A stretch of DNA of 64,000 bases from Eledone cirrhosa (taxonomy: Eukaryota): assembly GCA_964016885.1 (NCBI GenBank), contig OZ024740.1, positions 138,632,001 through 138,696,000 on the forward strand, in the 5' to 3' direction. Of the stretch, positions 50,412 to 64,000 are shown one piece after another. The number at the start of each line of letters is the position of its first letter. Within the stretch, counting starts at the first letter, position 1. Below the pieces are notes generated by a model. It ran no database searches and had not been told where the DNA came from. It saw only the letters and a program-made list of their open reading frames with translations. A program made the position numbers and the translations under genes.

Positions 50412-50829
50412 GGGGTGTGTATTATATGAACAGATTTAAAGTTTCAGCACAGATTCTTTGCTGTTTATCACAGGGTAATCAGACAAGATGTTTGATTAAC
50501 AGGCAAAATTCCAGGATAACAAGACTCACTATTTAGCCTTAATAAAATAAATATTAAAACTCTACTTCGGTAGGCCCAGAGCCTTCGAAACTTTTTCTCA
50601 ATAGTACCGCAAACTTTGTTTAAAAGATACCAAAATATTCAAAAACGTATCAAATCCAATTACCCACTCCCATACACCTTCCACGTTTTAACACTCCACC
50701 ATTTATTCACGTTCTTACACTCCATCCTTCGCCCATGTCCTAACAATCCATCCTTCATCCACGTCCTAACACTCTACCCTTCACCAGCTAGGTGCCCCAC
50801 CCTACATGCACGCACCTCCTCCTTCCAGC

Positions 50830-51105
50830 CCGAGTCCACACTGTAAAGTGGTCGTGTTGGTGGCATGACAAAAAGCAGTTAGCCCACACTGTAAAGTGGT
50901 CGTTTTGGTGTCACGGTAAAAAGCACCCAGTTCACGCTGTAAATGTGGCTGGTGTTAGGAAATGCATCTAGCAGAAACCAAGCCAGAACAGTTCTGTATG
51001 TGCAAGAAATGGTCATCTGGTTTGATTGTCTCACAACGAGACAACTCGTATAATTCATGCTAGCATAGAAAAATGGACATTAAACGGTGATGATGATGAT
51101 GATGA
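50830..51105 (+). mobile_element. SINE 3' part with a Meta-domain-like motif and (TGA)n tail
   Basis: GGTGTTAGGAAATGCATC...GGACATTAAACGGTGATGATG; internal repeats of CACTGTAAAGTGG. Confidence 0.55.
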
Positions 51106-51249
51106 TCATCATCATCATGATGAAACCACACAAATATTCAAAAAAGAAAATGTTTTACATTTACTTTATATATTCTAATTAAAAATAAATGTTTTCTTAC
51201 ACACTTTTCTCGCAGTACCAGTTTCTTTCTTTTAGTTTGAGACAAAGTT

Positions 51250-52130
51250 GCTGTTGTGGATGCCACTTAGTGCAACATTTTGCAGCAGAGACTTTGATCT
51301 TAGCAAAGCATTTAATATTGATGTTTTTAAAGTACTGAGATGTTTTGTTTTTATGTTATTGAGAAGGAAAAAAAAACAACTCTTTCTGCAGCTGTTGAAG
51401 AATGTAGCAATGAAAAAAGTTGCATCATGAACTTAGATAGCAATGGTAAACGAAATATGTTACCAAAGTTTTCTTGAGAAAAAAACCCAGTAGTGATCAG
51501 GATCATTGTATCCATTAAGAGATGCATCTTGCAGAGTCAATTCCCTCCTTTCTCTATTTATTTGTTGATATTGGTCTCCATGCACAAGGCTGGAAAATTT
51601 CATTGCCAATGATATGATCGGTTTTGGTTTACCTTAGGTAACATTGATCAGGTCTTAAGCTACTTGAACAAGTTGCTTGTGGGTAGAAATATCCATTGTT
51701 TCATCTACATTAAGGGATAACTTTGCTGGATATAGCTTAGACAATAAATCATTGAAAGCATGGGGACCGATCACATTTGAAAAAATGTAAGTTCCTTTAG
51801 TTTTTGCGCACTTGATGTCTTTGATGATGTTTTAATCAGAGCATAGGTTAGCAATAAGGCCAAGCAAATGATCCAAAATCACAATGTGTAGGTTGTGCTC
51901 AACAATAAATCCGCACAGTTTCAACTCAACTGATGCTATTTTCGATAAGTGAGTAGAACATTGAGCAGGTTTTAGGAAATCTGTCACCTTCACAATTTGC
52001 TTTGCTACTTTCGCATTCTTTTGATATTTTCTGTCTCTCCATGCTTTACTATTTGATTAGCTACCAGCTATCTCCCAATTGCACAATTTACAGTAGCCTT
52101 TACTTGCATTCTATTTACTCACTTGCATTC
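51250..52130 (-). pseudogene. Decayed hAT-superfamily transposase
   Basis: ELKLCGFIVEHNL...DHL..LI..LCSD, KCAKTK and SLNVDETMDIS motifs. Confidence 0.65.
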
Positions 52131-52794
52131 TAACCACGATGAACATTTCTCATTGTTTAACAATTTTGACTGAACTTTTCTTTCATAAAAAGTGGATTTC
52201 AGTTTTTTCTTCTTCTGAGTGTCATTTTCGTCATTATCAGAATAATATTCTATATTCACTTTTTTCCCATCCATTATGGGTTCAGAATCTTTCTAAAAAA
52301 AAAAGCAAAACAGTTCAAATATTGAAAGATGACACCACCAAAGCACACTGCACGCCGTGACACAACTGCTCAAACTGATACGATTGACTTAGAAAGAATT
52401 TGTCTTAATCCATCTATATTTTTGCGTCCTTGCGAAATTTATTCAAATAAAACGTCCACTGATCGATTGTGAACGAATAGTGCGTTATTATTGGCTACCA
52501 GGATAATGCAGAAGATGGTTGGCTACCAATTTGAAAGACAACGCAGAAGAGTTATTGATGTCAGGTAAGATTTGACGGGAAAATACAACTAATGGATAGC
52601 TTCTCGATGTAAAAGTCGTTATAACTAATAATGGGTAAATCATTAAATGGTGATTTTAGAATATCAATTAAGCCAAATTCACAAAGCAAGTACACGCTTT
52701 AAAATGTACCAATAAATCCGGAAGTGGTACCAAACGTACAGAAAAGTTAAATTAAGGCAAATAATATCAAATTTTTACGAACGTACCAGCTTCA

Positions 52795-53030
52795 GCAGCG
52801 CTGAAATGGCCCTCTAGCTCACCAGACCTCAATCCTCTTGTCTATTTTATATGTAGGGTGTAGTTGAAAGAGTGGTGACTCATCACTCTCACAACGCTAT
52901 AGAAGTTCTCAAGTCCGCCATAACCAACACAATGTCCAGTATTGATATATGTCATATGATTTGGGCAACGCTTCAGACCTCGTAATGAAGCAGTCATTGA
53001 AACTAACGGAGTATTTATTGAATAGATATC
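52795..53030 (+). pseudogene. 3' part of a mariner-type transposase
   Basis: WPSSSPDLNPL and FRPRNEAVIETNGVFIE-stop. Confidence 0.75.
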
Positions 53031-53332
53031 ACAAATGTATTGTAAAAAATAGTTGTACCAATATGTATCTAAATATAGCATTTCTCAAGCCTCGTGTGTG
53101 AAACTGGGTTGACAAAAAATGTTTGGAAGCCCATCTGCAATTCAAAGGTTCGACTCTATCATATAATGTAATTCTGTATCTAAACCGAGGATTGCGTTAA
53201 GAGTACGCATGTCAGTGTAATACTCCCCCCACGGTCTTGTTAATCTAACAACTTCCGTTGACCGAACAACTGGAACACTCATTGAGAAAAACGATGAAGG
53301 TCCATTTATTTCCATATCTCTATCTCTCAAAG

Positions 53333-53385
<53 letters not shown>

Positions 53386-53541
53386 TATTTTTTAGTATAT
53401 GTTGGTTGTTTACCGACATCTCAGTATGCAGATTGGAGCACTCGACGAAGTACGCAGGTTGGTTTGTTTACTCCGGAGTAATGTAAAATAATTAAGTCAA
53501 ATATATAAAATTTGGCTTCGTTTATTATAAATTATAGATAT

Positions 53542-53596
53542 ACTGCTATATATATTTCGGTGACAGCCAACATTGGCTGTGACCTCTTCAGGCAGT
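53542..53596 (-). ncRNA. Type I hammerhead ribozyme (same family as 40423-40477)
   Basis: ACTGC-CTGAAGA-GGTCACAGCCAATGTTGGCTGTCACC-GAAA-TATATA-TA-GCAGT. Confidence 0.8.
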
Positions 53597-53974
53597 CCGA
53601 ATTGGTGTGGGAAAGACAGGTACACATGTTATTGAAGTGTGTTTTACTCCGTCAATACATCGATATGTCTAGCTCCTGGCTGTGTTGTTATTTCTCTGAG
53701 AAGCTGGAATCATATCTTTATATATATATTTGCGTTGCTATCATATCTATATATATATATTTGCGTTGCTATCCTTCCTTATTTGTTTACTGTCTCGCTC
53801 GCTTTACGCGATTTACTTGTCCCAATAGCTTTATTTAGCTATTGCTCGCACCAACCGGAGGTATATGATTTTTAAAGCGATGAAATACCAATGAAGGTTG
53901 GAAAATCACTGACGAAGGACTATTTTTATCATATGTAACCCATGTGCAACCACGCAGTATTCTTTCTTCTCATG

Positions 53975-54027
<53 letters not shown>

Positions 54028-54068
54028 AGAAATAGGATTTCGCTTCAAGCATAGCTTTATACAAATTG

Positions 54069-54292
54069 TATAAATATTTTTTGTATCTCCAAAGAAATAC
54101 AGTTTTAGGAAGCCGTAGCTATGCAAAAACCGGGGGGCTAATGCCCTCTGGTGATGTCAAGCAGAAGCAAGGAGGACAACTGTCTATGCATTTCAGGCTT
54201 AACTGGACATCACCAGAGGGCGTTAGCCCCCAGTGTTTGCATAGCTACGGCTTCCTAAAACTGTATTTCTTTGGAGATACAAAATATTTATA
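54069..54292. repeat. Imperfect inverted repeat, ~90-bp arms
   Basis: 54069-54160 versus 54204-54292. Confidence 0.85.
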
Positions 54293-54343
54293 TATATATA
54301 TATATACTGTTGGCTTCTTGCTACAATACTTTCTATACCTTTC

Positions 54344-54411
<68 letters not shown>

Positions 54412-54925
54412 GTGAGAGAGAGAAGAGAGTAGTCTGTTCTCCCTTTTTATCCGTCTTCCTTTTATATTTGTATCCCTATTTTACTCACTTTATATCTGCC
54501 CCCTCCACCTCTCTTTCTCTCCCTTTGTGATTTCTCCAGAAATCTGCTATTCCTATCTTAATTACCATTAAGCAAAATAATGCCATTTCGGAAACTGATT
54601 TAGTCCGGACAAGTTTCCATTAATTTTGGAATTAAACCTTCGTTTTCGTTGGAAAACAAAAGGTTAATTATACTTCCATATTTAACGGGCTCGCTGCTTA
54701 TTATTATTATTGGTAGTGCTAATGGTGATGGTGGTGGTGGTAGTGGTGATGGTGGTATTCTTGTTGTTATTGATGTCGTTGCTGCTGTTATACGTTATTA
54801 TATCGAAGTTGATTTCTTTAATAATTTTTGTTGTTTTTGCTAACGTTTTTCTTTAACATCATTATTTATAAATGAAATAAGTGTCCTTATATATCGTGCT
54901 CTTTGCTGCTTCTGCTTCTGCTGCT

Positions 54926-54976
<51 letters not shown>

Positions 54977-55194
54977 ATCGCTGTAATTGTTTGCTCTCAT
55001 CGAAATTCTAAATAGTTCCAGTTTCATCTTAGAAATTACCATCATATTTCAACTTCATCAACTTCATCATCATCATCCTTATCATCATCATCATCATCAT
55101 CGTCGTCATCATCATCATCATCGTCGTCGTCGTCACCATCACCATCATCATCATTATCATTATCATCATCATCATCATCATCATTATTATTATT

Positions 55195-55340
55195 ATAGTC
55201 CCGCTGAGGTTAGCTTTGCCTTTCATCCTTACGCGGTCGATAAAACAAAGTACCAGTAATGCACTGGGTCGATTCAATCAACTTTACCCTCCCCCACACA
55301 TTGTCGGCTTTGTGCCTAAATCAGAAACCATTATTATTAT
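55195..55340 (+). mobile_element. 5'-truncated Nin-domain SINE
   Basis: GCCTTTCATCCTTACGCGGTCGATAAAACAAAGTACCAG; (TTA)n tail. Confidence 0.75.
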
Positions 55341-55455
55341 TACCCGGTTGTTTTCCGGATCATTCCTGTTAACTCAATATGTTGGTAATTTTATTGTTAG
55401 TTCAGTCAGATCAAATGCATTTATCATATATATTTGTGTTTGAGCGCCATATACA

Positions 55456-55817
<362 letters not shown>

Positions 55818-56158
55818 GTGATAGAGAGAGCTAAGAAGGCAGACAAATACAGCAGGCTAATAGTGTAGGTTAAAAGACAATGTAATATTCATGTAGTTAA
55901 TTAGATCAACAAGCAAAATGATGTAAACTATTGTACAGTGACTAAAAGGAGGTAGGAGGATGTCGTAGGTGGTTGAGGTAAGAGGAGGGAAGTATGAAAA
56001 TGAGTTAAGAGATAAGATTATAAAGTAGGGGTTACAAGGATGAGGTAGGATATAGAGGAATGTGTAAAAGTAAATGTATAGATAGCAGAATGAGAATTTA
56101 TATGTGAGTATTAACTGTGTGTTGTTGTATGTTGTTAGATTGTGATGCAGCAGTTGAA

Positions 56159-56945
56159 ACAACAATAGCAGCAACAGCAACAACAATAGCAACAACAGCA
56201 GCAACAATAGCAGCAACAGCAACAACAATAGCAACAACAACAACAACAATAGCAACAACAGCAACAACAATAGCAGCAACAGCAACAACAATAGCAACAA
56301 CAATAGCAGCAACAACAACAACAATAGCAACAACAGCAACAACAATAGCAACAACAGCAACAACAATAGCAGCAACAACAATAGCAACAACAACAACAAC
56401 AATAGCAACAACGGCAACAACAATAGCAACAACAGCAACAACAATAGCAGCAACAACAATAGCAACAACAACAACAACAATAGCAACAACGGCAACAACA
56501 ATAGCAACAACAGCAACAACAATAGCAGCAACAACAATAGCAACAACAACAACAACAATAGCAACAACGGCAACAACAATAGCAGCAACAGCAACAACAA
56601 TAGCAACAACAACAACAACCATAGCAACAACAGCAACAACAATAGCATCAACAGAAACAACAACAACAGCGATAACACCAATGACATCAATATCAACAAC
56701 AATAACATCATCAACCACAACAGTAGTAATACCAAAAACATTAACTCTAGAAACAACAACAACCAAATCTACAGCAATAACAACAAAAGTAACAGCAACA
56801 ACAACAGAAACAGTAGCAGCAACAACAACAATAACAACAAAACCCACAGCAACAACAACAATAACAACAAAACCCACAGCAACAACAACAATAACAACAA
56901 AACCCACAGCAACAACAACAGCAACAACAACAGCAACAGAAACAG
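56159..56945. repeat. AAC/AGC/AAT trinucleotide-derived minisatellite
   Basis: Seen directly; contains higher-order repeat blocks. Confidence 0.92.
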
Positions 56946-57728
56946 GAAGAACAAATTACAACTAAGCAACATCGACAATATAACAATATCTCTAATGACA
57001 AGTTTAAAAGGAGTGATAGCAACAGTAACAACAAGATCACAGGCCACCGAGGTCGTTCAACCTGTTAGAAATTGCGGCTAAATCTCCCTCAAATCACGCC
57101 CTATCGTCTTAGAAGAAGACGCACATAGAAAAAGACGAGTGATTACGGTTGGATTATCTCCAATTATAGATCTAATTAACCAGGATTGACTGGTGCTAAA
57201 CAACAACAACAACAACACCAGCAGCACCAGCAGCAACACCAGTAGCTGTAACAGTAAATTGTACTGGATTGATACTTCATCGACCCCGGAAGAATGAGAG
57301 GCAAAGTTGACCCCGGCGAGTTCTACCACAGAACAGAAAAGGCTGTTGCTAAAAAAGCTGTAGACTAACATAGCGTGATTCATAATAGAAGAATATATAG
57401 GCTTATACGATATGTGTATGCATAATAAACCCAATGAATATGCTTTTCTGTCATCCAGCCTTCGGTGTACATATTTCTATCTTCCAAAATGATTTTCCAC
57501 ATCGCTTCAAGCGTGGCTTCATCTAATAACCAACGATGCACCAATACCATTATGCAACACGCTTCATCTCATAAACTAGCTTCATCGTTATCGTTGGCAT
57601 CCGAAACTGCTTCCTTTGGTTAATTTTCCAACATCACACAACTTCACTGAAAATTGGTTTACATAAAATACATTCATATTTGCATCGATATGTCCCAAGT
57701 TGTGTCTTGAAAATATCTCAAACAACTA

Positions 57729-57807
<79 letters not shown>

Positions 57808-58232
57808 GGGGAGGAGGGGGATACTTAGATTGTCATAAATATAGAAATACGTGTGAAGACAGGCAAATATACATTCAGACAGATTTATTGCCGGCTTTAT
57901 AGTAAATTCTGACAAAACCAAGCCATCAATTGCTGACCTGTTCATTGTTTCTGGCCGTGTTGATATACATTCAGCTATTGGAACGCCAATAAAGAAATGG
58001 AGCAAACCGCGATGATGGATGATCAAATTATAATGTTTGTGCGTCTGCGCAGTGTCACGGATGGAGTAGTAAGCATGTTGGATAACATGTAATGTTTCTC
58101 AGTACACGTATGCCCATTGATGAATATGTGTATGTCACTGTGAGTATATATGTGTGAGTCTTGCTGCCATATGTACACTTTATATATGCATACTCTCCTC
58201 ATATACACATATACATATTTATAATATATACA

Positions 58233-58345
58233 TAGTGGAACTTCGGTTCACGAACGCCGTTCATCACGAACACATCGGTTTACGCACAATTTTTCCCAAC
58301 ACGAAACGTCTCGGTTGATGATGGTGTCTCGAGTAATGAACACAC
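58233..58345 (+). mobile_element. Tigger/pogo-like terminal fragment
   Basis: AGTGGAACTTCGGTTCACGAAC resembles Tigger-type TIRs; the partner end is not seen. Confidence 0.4.
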
Positions 58346-58384
58346 AACGACTCCTACTCTTCATTAAGACATCTCACTAATATA

Positions 58385-59440
58385 AAATCTGCGACTTCGT
58401 TTGCATCCAATGATCTAGACCAGTTCTACTTTTTGGGTAAATGTATTCGATGTTCAGAGAGTGGGTCGGGCCAAGTACAAAGCCTTTCCTCACTTAAAAA
58501 AGCTTCAAGCACAGGCATTGCTTGATATGTGACATGTTTCGTGATACATGGCATGGCTGGCCATAGGCAATTCCCTAGCAGGACTAAAAAGCAACGCCCG
58601 TGATGCTTAAGAATCGAGTTGCAGCCATCATGTATGTATGTATGTATGTATGTATGTATGTATGTATGTATGTATGTATGTATGTATGTATGTATGTATG
58701 TATGTATGTATGTATGTATGTATGTATGTATGTATGTATGTGGGTATGTATGTATGTATGTATGTATGTATGTATGTATGTATGTGGGTATGTATGTATG
58801 TATGTATGTATGTATGTATGTATGTATGTATGTATGTATGTATGTATGTGCGTATGTATGTATGTATGTATGTATGTATGTATGTATGTATGTATCACCC
58901 TCCTCACCAAGTTTACTTGGTGAGGAGGGTGATTTTGGACACCCTGCAGGACAAAAAACAAAACCTGACAAAGGGCGGAAGAACTCATAAGGGTCAACGG
59001 CCATCCAAAAGTGTGTAAATATGAATATACACATGTACATGTGTGTGTATATGTGTATATGAATGGGTACATGTGTATATATATGCACGGGGACATAGAA
59101 ATAGTCGGGCTGGACACCCGATCGCGCGGTTAAACCACTGGGAGTGAAGGACTCCTAGCCTTTGTCAGGGCAATCTTCTAGGAGAAGGCAACTCAGGAAA
59201 CTGGGATAACTCCGATATAAAACCTGCGACTCAGTAGTTACCGATGATGTTGATCTTTTCTTCTTTTCGGGTTATAGCTACTGTCGCTCAGAGAGTGGGA
59301 TTGACTCAGTGCACAGTCTTTCCTCACGTTAAAAAATATCTTCACGCACAGGCATTGCACGATATAATTAATTAATTATTATTAATAATGGTATATCGTG
59401 CAATGGCCATACTCGATAACGAGGGGGCAGCCATCATCAT
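58385..59440 (+). mobile_element. Two RTE-derived non-autonomous elements, each ending GCAGCCATCAT followed by (TATG)n
   Basis: 58385-58630, then (TATG)n 58631-58894, then 58895-59440 and a short (TATG)n. Confidence 0.65.
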
Positions 59441-59639
59441 GTATGTATGTATGTGCGTATGTTTTCCCTGATGAATAATAAATAGGTTAAATACATAAAT
59501 AAGATAAAAATGAAACAAAAAAAGAATTATTTAAAAGTTTAAATGTTAAAAAAAAATACACATGCACAGGCAAATAATCCCATACACATCCACATACACA
59601 CATTTACACACCCACACAATATATATATATATATACACA

Positions 59640-60196
59640 CAGCATAAACCAAAGAAGCAGTTTAGAGATGTCACAAAAGACAATCTTAAAACTCTGAAGT
59701 TTGATATGGAGAAATGGGAGAGACTGGCTGAAGGCTGTACATATGGAGAATGATCATCAAGTATGGATGTGATGTCTTCGAGAAAAAGCGAGTGGAGCAT
59801 GTTGTTTTGAAGCATTCTCTCCATAAGTAGGACCCAAGTGCAGTGCCTGCAAAAATCCAATAGGAATTGAGGTGCAATGTATGTGGTTGATTTCTTCTAT
59901 CAAGAGCTGGATTTGTCAACCATCAGAAATCACACGAGCCCGGTAGAAAGCGAGCCACCTGTGAGATGGTTCTACCATAACACACTCCACGGTACATTAG
60001 CAGTGAGTGTGGCTTGATTTGCAAATCAGCTGGTGGACTGACTAAACATAGTAGAATGCCTGAAGACATACACCAGCCGGTATTGCTGTGAACGTGCCTC
60101 CAAAACAAAAGCTGGTCTGAAAAGTCACCTGCGTGTACATGATCGTACAAAGTTTAGTGAAGGGATAGCACTCTTCTGACAAGAAGCAGCAATCAA
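59640..60196 (+). pseudogene. 3' end of an RTE-clade LINE followed by (TATG)n
   Basis: KPKKQFRDVTKDNLK...WERLA, CNVCG..SRAGFVNHQKSH, KAGLKSHLRVH; tail 60197-60268. Confidence 0.75.
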
Positions 60197-60514
60197 TATG
60201 TATGTATGCATGTATGTATGTATGTATGTATGTATGTATGTATGTATGTATGTATGTATGTATGTATGTTGAGCACTGAATATGTAAGCAGAGTATAAAA
60301 TATATTTTCTGAAGAGCAAAGGGGCTGCTTTGAGTGTCTGGAACATGCTTATTTACAAGGTTGGTTTGTTTAGTAACATAGTTATTTGTAATAGCTGTGT
60401 CGATGTGTATGTGTCTCTGGGTTTAGGGTTCGTATGCTTGGAAAGCGAATGTTTAAGTAAAATCCATGCAAAAGAAGAAAGTTAATATGTTGAGTGAAAA
60501 CAGAAGTTACAAAA

Positions 60515-62497
60515 CACCGTGTAACAAAAAATATGTTCTCTCTGTTCCTAGCTTGTAATCACTTCTTTTGTGTTGCTCAGGTCCCAAATAAAAAAAAGTG
60601 CTATTAAACAGTTAAAAGTTTGGGTTTGTAAAAATTCTAAGCTATTCACTAGAATTATTTGTATGTTGGATTTTACGTTGTATGTAAGTTTAATTTGCTT
60701 ATGTTAAATGATTTTTTTTATATATGTTTCAGGTTAAATTAAAATTATAAAATAAAGAGTAATACCTAAAGAAAATTATAAAAGTGCAATAAAGTATAAA
60801 ATTGTTAAAAAGTGGATTAAAGAGATTTATTGATACTGGATTTTCGCACCCTGAATAAAGGGTAAGTTGTGTTTTAAGCACGAATTTTCATTAATATGAT
60901 TAGTGTTCTTTTATATTATTTAAATATGTATTTCTCTTTCCAATATTTATTTTGTATTGCATATCAAATTTATTTTCCAAGACAAGTATTCTGATGAAGA
61001 GGAGGAGATGGATGCTGAGGACTTGGATTACCTGCCTGAGGTACCAGAAAAAGTTCCTCACTTCCCAAACCAAAAAGAAGTCAATGACTTGGTCAGGGAT
61101 ATGGGTCTGACCAAGTCCAATGCAGAGCTATTCGTCTCCAGGATGAAGCAGTGAAAGTCAAGGAGGAAGTGCAGGTGACAAGTCAGAGAAGTCGACACGA
61201 CCATTTCTCAGGCTTTTACACTCTTAAGGATGGCTTCTGCTTCTGCCATGACGTGCCTGGACTATTTGACGTTATTGGGGTGCCGTTTGTGCCCAAGGAG
61301 TGGCGGCTATTTATAGATAGCTCCACCACAAGTTTGAAGGCTGTCCTCTTCCACAATGGAAACAAGTTCCCGACACTGCCCCTAGCTCATTCAGTCTGCC
61401 TGAAGGAAGATTACTACAGTGTGAAAGTCCTCTTGGAAGCTCTGCAATACAACCAGTACAATTGGGAAATCATTGGAGACTTCAAGATGGTGGCTTTCCT
61501 GCTTGGACTCCAAGGAGGCTTTATCAAATTCCAATGCTTCCTCTGCCTTTGGGACAGCAGAGCCACCTCTGACCACTACAAAAGAAAGAACTGGGAGCAG
61601 CGAACATAATTTGTAGTTGGGACCCGGAACGTCATGTGGGAGCCACTGGTTGATCCCAGGATTGTGATCATGCCGCTACTGCACATTAAGTTGGGGTTGA
61701 TGAAGCAGTTTGTGAAGGCTCTCAACCAAGAATCAGCCGCTTTTAAGTACCTTCTTGAGTTCTTCCCCAAGTTATCTGAGGCCAAAATCAAAGTTGGAAT
61801 TGTTGTTGGACCTCAGATAAAGAAGGTGTTTGAGTCTACCGAGTTCTCCAATAAGCTCAATAGGATTGAGAGAACAGCATGGAACTGTTTCAAGGCAGTT
61901 GTTAGGGGCTTCCTGGGCAACTAAAGAGCTGAAAACTACCAGCAACTGGTGCAGGATCTGATAAAGGCTTTTGGCGCCATGTGATGAAGGATGTCGCTTA
62001 CACTCCATATGCTGGACGGTCACCTGGAAAAATTCAAGGACAATATGGGCGCCTACGCAGAAGAACAAGGCGAACGATTCCACCAAGATGTGAAAGAGAT
62101 AGAGCGGAGGTACCAGGGCCACTACAATGAAAAAATGATGGGGGACTATATCTGGGGGCTAGTGCGGGAATGCAACCTAGACTACAACCGCAAATCCAGG
62201 AAATCCAGTCATTTCTGACGTGTATAAGTTGCTTTATAAGTGTTATTTGTTTTTACTTGTTTGCTTTTGATAAGCTTGTGTAATAAAATAAATATATACT
62301 CTGTTGATTTAATTATATGAACTGATAAATTAAAAGAAAATGTGTTTTTTTTTGAAAATTATGAAAATTTCGAAATATCAAACTCCTGACCACAAACCCA
62401 AACTTCTGATTAAATAATAGTGTTTTTTTAAAATAATAATGGGATATAACAAACCATGACACTTAGAACCGGGGAACAAAAAATATGTTACACGGTG
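60515..62497 (+). mobile_element. Chapaev3-like (CMC) DNA transposon with both TIRs
   Basis: CACCGTGTAACA...TGTTACACGGTG termini; right flank TAA, left flank AAA. Confidence 0.75.
60980..62218 (+). pseudogene. Chapaev3-type transposase with stops and frameshifts
   Basis: NDLVRD.GL.K, WRLFIDSS..SLKAVL.HNGN, LGLQGGF...CFLCLWDSR, LHIKLGLMKQFVKAL, EQGERFHQD. Confidence 0.8.
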
Positions 62498-63074
62498 TAA
62501 TTAGTCGAAATTGTATTTTGTTCTGGGAAGGGTTATCCAAAAAAACAATGAGGTATTTTTTAGTGAAAGAATTGTAATTCTGTGTTAGTTTATTTATTCA
62601 ATGCATACTTTAGATAGGCTTTGTCGAACGATTAAGTAATTTACGATTTAAAAAAGACCCCAAAGTATATAGAATATTGAGTATAAATACAGTTTCATTT
62701 ATACGAAACTTTACGTGTTATAACGCGTTTCACAGAAGTAGTTTTGGTCGGCAAAACACATTATATTACATAAGCTGATGCTTTAAGATTAACATATTTT
62801 AATCTCAATGATATATATATATAAAGGCCCGTTTTAGAATCAGAAATCAGAAATCAGAAATCTCCATGTTTTTTGTTAGATGTATGTATATTTCTATATG
62901 TATATTTATATGTGAATGTATGTATGTGTAAGTGTGCATATGTATGTATTCATTCACTTATGTATAAATGTTGTGTATGTTACGTGTGTAGATAAGTATA
63001 TAACTACAGTAGTTATATATACATATATGTACGTATGCATGTATGTGTTTATTTGACAGTATATAAACATTTGT

Positions 63075-63131
<57 letters not shown>

Positions 63132-63734
63132 GATATATATATATACTTATATACATATATATATATGAATTTATAAACATTCTTATATATATATATATAT
63201 CTAAGTGTGCATATTTGTGTGTATGTCTGCATGTATATGTATGTGTTTATATTATATACAAACACATATGGTACGCTGCATATTTGTGCACGTGTCTAAC
63301 AACGATGCACGATCTAGAAGGAAATTGACGTTAGCGGTGAGGGCAGCGGTGGGGGTAAGAATTTATTTGGTGGTGATGGTAGCGGTGGTGTTGGTGGTTG
63401 TGATGGCGGTGGCGGAAATGGTAGTGGTGCTGGTAATAGGGGCTAGGATTATTATGTATGACTCATACATCAAGTTGCCGGCAGCCTGCTACAAACGGCA
63501 GCAATATAATACGCAATCGACGCCTTTATTGAATGAAAGCTACAAACCGAAGCTCCACGACAGCACCACCACCGTTCACAATCATTGCCGCCTCTACCAC
63601 ACCACCATCACCATCAGTACTATCAATACCATCAGCACCACTAACATCGATACATCTACTACAACACCACCATCACCACTAATAACAATCACTGCCGTGT
63701 GGTGATTTGAGTACCATCACTATCATCAATGTCA

Positions 63735-64000
63735 CCAACAACGTTACTACCACTACCAACACCACCAATACTATCACCACCAACATTACTACCACTACCA
63801 ACAACACCAATACTATCACCACCAACATTACTACCACTACCAACACCACCAATACTATCACCACCAACATTACTACCACTACCAACACCACCAATACTAT
63901 CATCACCAACATTACTACCACTACCAACAACACCAATACTATCACCACCAACATTACTACCACTACCAACAACACCAATACTATCACCACCAACATTACT
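63735..64000. repeat. 42-bp minisatellite (~6 units, runs off the window)
   Basis: Unit CAACATTACTACCACTACCAACA(A/C)CACCAATACTATCACCAC. Confidence 0.92.

Noticed and set aside
56117-56965. Mucin- or antifreeze-like Thr/Ala ORF
   Set aside because: Trinucleotide-derived repeat open in several frames on both strands; no signal peptide or convincing exon boundaries.

Overview
AT-rich, microsatellite-dense eukaryotic DNA made almost entirely of transposable elements. The SINE families and repeat landscape suggest an octopus or other cephalopod (inference). I can support no host protein-coding exon, and most short ORFs in the track are microsatellite artefacts. The core (22.4-38.4 kb) is a head-to-tail array of L1/Tx1-clade non-LTR retrotransposons, each separated by (TATC)n. 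It holds one intact two-ORF copy, one full-length copy with nonsense mutations, two 5'-truncated copies and a 3'-UTR-only copy. The main finding is that in two divergent full-length subfamilies the ORF1 stop codon sits inside a 5' splice donor (AG|GTAAGT, AG|GTAGGT), and the ORF2 stop codon is the AG of a 3' splice acceptor. Removing all of ORF2 as an intron rebuilds the identical ORF1 C-terminus (Arg-stop) in both, which suggests copia-like splicing control of ORF1:ORF2 output in a LINE. The flanks carry about ten Penelope-type terminal-repeat fragments with minimal hammerhead ribozymes (including core variants and long palindromes). They also carry SINEs, RTE remnants, and decayed mariner, hAT and Chapaev3-like DNA transposons. 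All calls were made by eye, without database searches.
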